A stretch of DNA of 64,000 nt. Origin: Malacoraja senta. Taxonomy: Eukaryota. Every line of letters begins with the position of its first letter. Positions within the stretch are counted from its first letter, which is position 1. This document shows positions 61,488 through 64,000 of the stretch, piece after piece. The stretch spans positions 118,296,001 to 118,360,000 of the forward strand of contig CM075977.1 of the NCBI GenBank assembly GCA_038087875.1. Reading direction: 5' to 3'. The notes below the pieces were generated by a model that was not told the origin of the DNA, did not search any database, and worked only from the letters and a program-made list of their open reading frames with translations. The position numbers were made by a program, and so were the translations under genes.

Positions 61488-64000
61488 TCTTATTAATTTA
61501 TTTTTATTGGAAGCAATTGTACAAGGATAAATCGCTGAGCATCTACCATTATACAATTATTGTACAGCTTCATTTTTTATCATAACGAACACACAGTAGA
61601 CAGAAAACAAAAAACACCAATTAAAGAAACAAAAACAAAACAAAAAACGAGTGGGGGGCAGCCAGAATATCAATCAGAGTGCAAGATCAAAGTTCGCTCA
61701 GATTAAAGACATAGCACAACAGCAAAATAAACAGATCAGACAATTATGCCTCTTCAAGCAAAATCAAAAATGGTTTCCACACCTTCAAAAAATAATTTTG
61801 TAAATTCCCTTTGTTAAAACGAATCTGTTCCATCTTAGCAATAGAAAGCATTTCGTTGAGCCACCTCTTAAAACATGGGGAGAGTGAGGACTTCCAATTC
61901 AGTAATATTATTTTTTTAGCTGCAACCGTACCTGCTCTAAGAATCTGCTTCTGGTGGGAAGGAAGGGCCCTTGTATTGTCAGAGCAACCAAAAATAGCCA
62001 GATTACAATCAGGCGGAATTTTTATTCGACATTGTTTGGAAAGAGAGTTAAATATGTCACTCCAGAAATTACTTAATACTGGACAGTGCCAAAATGAATG
62101 TGATAGTGATCCTTCTGCAGTATCACATCTGTCACACATGGAGGAAACCGATTCAAAAATCTTGTTAAGTTTGGTTTTAGAATAATGTAGTCTATGCAAG
62201 ACTTTAAATTGAATTAATCTGTATCTAGAACTAATAGAGCAACTCTGTATACCGGACAAACCTTCCTCCCACAGTTCATTTGACACAAGAGTGCCCAATT
62301 CTGCAGCCCAGGCCTCCCTGAGATGACCAGCTTCAACTGGTGTCGTAAAGGCAGTGACAAAGCGGGAGATCAAGTGTTTAGAGTCAGGCTGTGAGAGAAG
62401 TAGATCATAAAGAATGTGACTTTTTGGTTTGACTATGAATTCTGGGATACGCTCCCGTACAAAATGCCTGACTTGAAGGTAGCGATAGAAGTGTTGTTGA
62501 GGAAGGCGATATTTAGTTTGGAGCTGAAAAAATGAGGCAAATTTATTATCTATGTAGAGATCATCAATACAACACAGCCCCTTCCCCCTCCAGTCCAGAA
62601 ACACTCTATCCATCAATGCCGGTTTGAACAAGTGATTGTGTACTATAGGGCTATACACTGAGATATTAACAATCCAATTTTTTTTTTAATTTGATTCAGA
62701 ATCCTTACGGAGTTTCTGAGAATGAAGTTATGGCCAACTAATTTGTAGGGAACCTGTGCTCCGAAAAAGAGCAACACTGGGAGAGAGGTCTCTGAAACAA
62801 ACATGGATTCAATTTTTAGCCAGAGTGGGGAAACATCAGACATCATCAGGTAAGCCCCACTGCCAGAAAGTGAGAGCCCTCGCATTTGCAGCCCAGTAGT
62901 AATGCTGCAGTACCGGAAGGCCGAGGCCACCCCTGTCAACATTTTTCTGTAGGTGGGCTTTAGCTATGCGAGGGGATTTTTCTGCCCAGACAAATGAGAG
63001 TATAACCGAATCCAGTTGTTTGAAAAAAGACAAAGGTAAGTAGACAGGAAGGTTTTGGAAAAGATACAAAAATCTTGGAAGTGCAACCATTTTAATAGCA
63101 TTGATGCGACCAATCATTGAGAGGGGAAGCAGCTTCCAGCACCTAATGCTAGCTTTTAATTTGTCTACCATGTCCAAAAAATTCAATTTAAATAGAAGTT
63201 TGGGGTTTCTGGAAATCTTCAGTCCAAGATAGGTAAAGTGGGTGGTAACTAATTTAAATGGCAAAGATTTCAAGAAAGCAGGGCTCAAATTATTCGTCAA
63301 AGGCATGAATTTACTTTTATCCCAGTTAATTGTATATCCTGACAGTTTACTAAATGACTTAATGTAGTTCAGAAGATTGGGAACTGACACTACCGGATCA
63401 GATAAACAAATTAATAAATCATCCGCATATAAATTCACAAGACTTTCAACATTACCAAATTTTACACCATGAATACCCGGGTGACCCCTGATTCCTATTG
63501 CAAGAGGTTCTAAAGCGATATCAAACAGCAGGGGAGAAAGGCGATCACCCTGTCTCACACCGCGCTGCAGGTCAAAAGGTTGGGATTTTTCTGTGTTAGT
63601 CAGAAGTTCTATAAAGTTCATCCCGAACCCAAACTATTTTAACGTCTCTAGCATATAGGGCCATTCAATCTGATCGAAAGCCTTCTGAGCATCGAGAGAT
63701 AGGATGGCAGCTTGCGTATCCTTGTCATGAACCGAATATAATGTATTTAACAGCAGACGAACATTACTAAATGAGAATCTACCCGGTATAAATCCAGTCT
63801 GATCAGGATGTACAATTTTTGAGATATGCTTACCCAATTTTGTGGCCAGGACTTTAGTTATCATCTTCTGGTCACAGTTCAGAAGAGCGATTGGTCTGTA
63901 ACTTGCAGGGTCAGTCTCTGCTTTTCCCTTTTTTAGGAGCAAGCAAACATTAGCTTCATAGAGTGAGCTGGGGAGCCTCTTGTTTTTCACTGAATCATTC
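61488..64000 (-). mobile_element. Second L1-clade LINE (different subfamily), frameshifted ORF2, runs off the window
   Basis: YRPIALLN...PDQTGF...LDAQKAFD...RQGDRLSPLLF...LYADD...CDRC...HSFWHC; A-rich tail near 61490-61510. Confidence 0.92.

Overview
Eukaryotic, repeat-rich vertebrate DNA. The repeat complement (CR1/HER1-type LINEs, HE1/V-SINE-like SINEs) suggests a cartilaginous fish, probably a skate or ray; this is an inference. The + strand carries the 3' part of an M1 zinc aminopeptidase gene most similar to LNPEP (IRAP/oxytocinase). I traced 13 in-phase GT-AG exons from ...ELAHQ (1-14) to the stop codon at 47182, followed by a roughly 1.9 kb AT-rich 3'UTR. Introns and the downstream region hold many transposons: CR1 LINEs (one with an SGNH-esterase ORF1), Rex1/Babar and L1 LINEs, and Penelope-like fragments with minimal hammerhead ribozyme motifs. 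There is also a BEL/Pao LTR retrotransposon with both LTRs, a Tc1 element, a hAT element, four PIF/Harbinger-type MITEs and Helitrons. Three observations stand out. (1) A truncated tRNA-Asp(GTC)-derived cassette with its own T5 terminator lies between the pol stop and the PPT of the BEL element, and that element lacks a normal TGG primer-binding site. (2) Three diverged copies of a 0.7-0.8 kb non-coding retroposon share two covarying hairpins and Rex/Babar-like tails. (3) Several short Penelope-derived insertions begin right at the hammerhead core.
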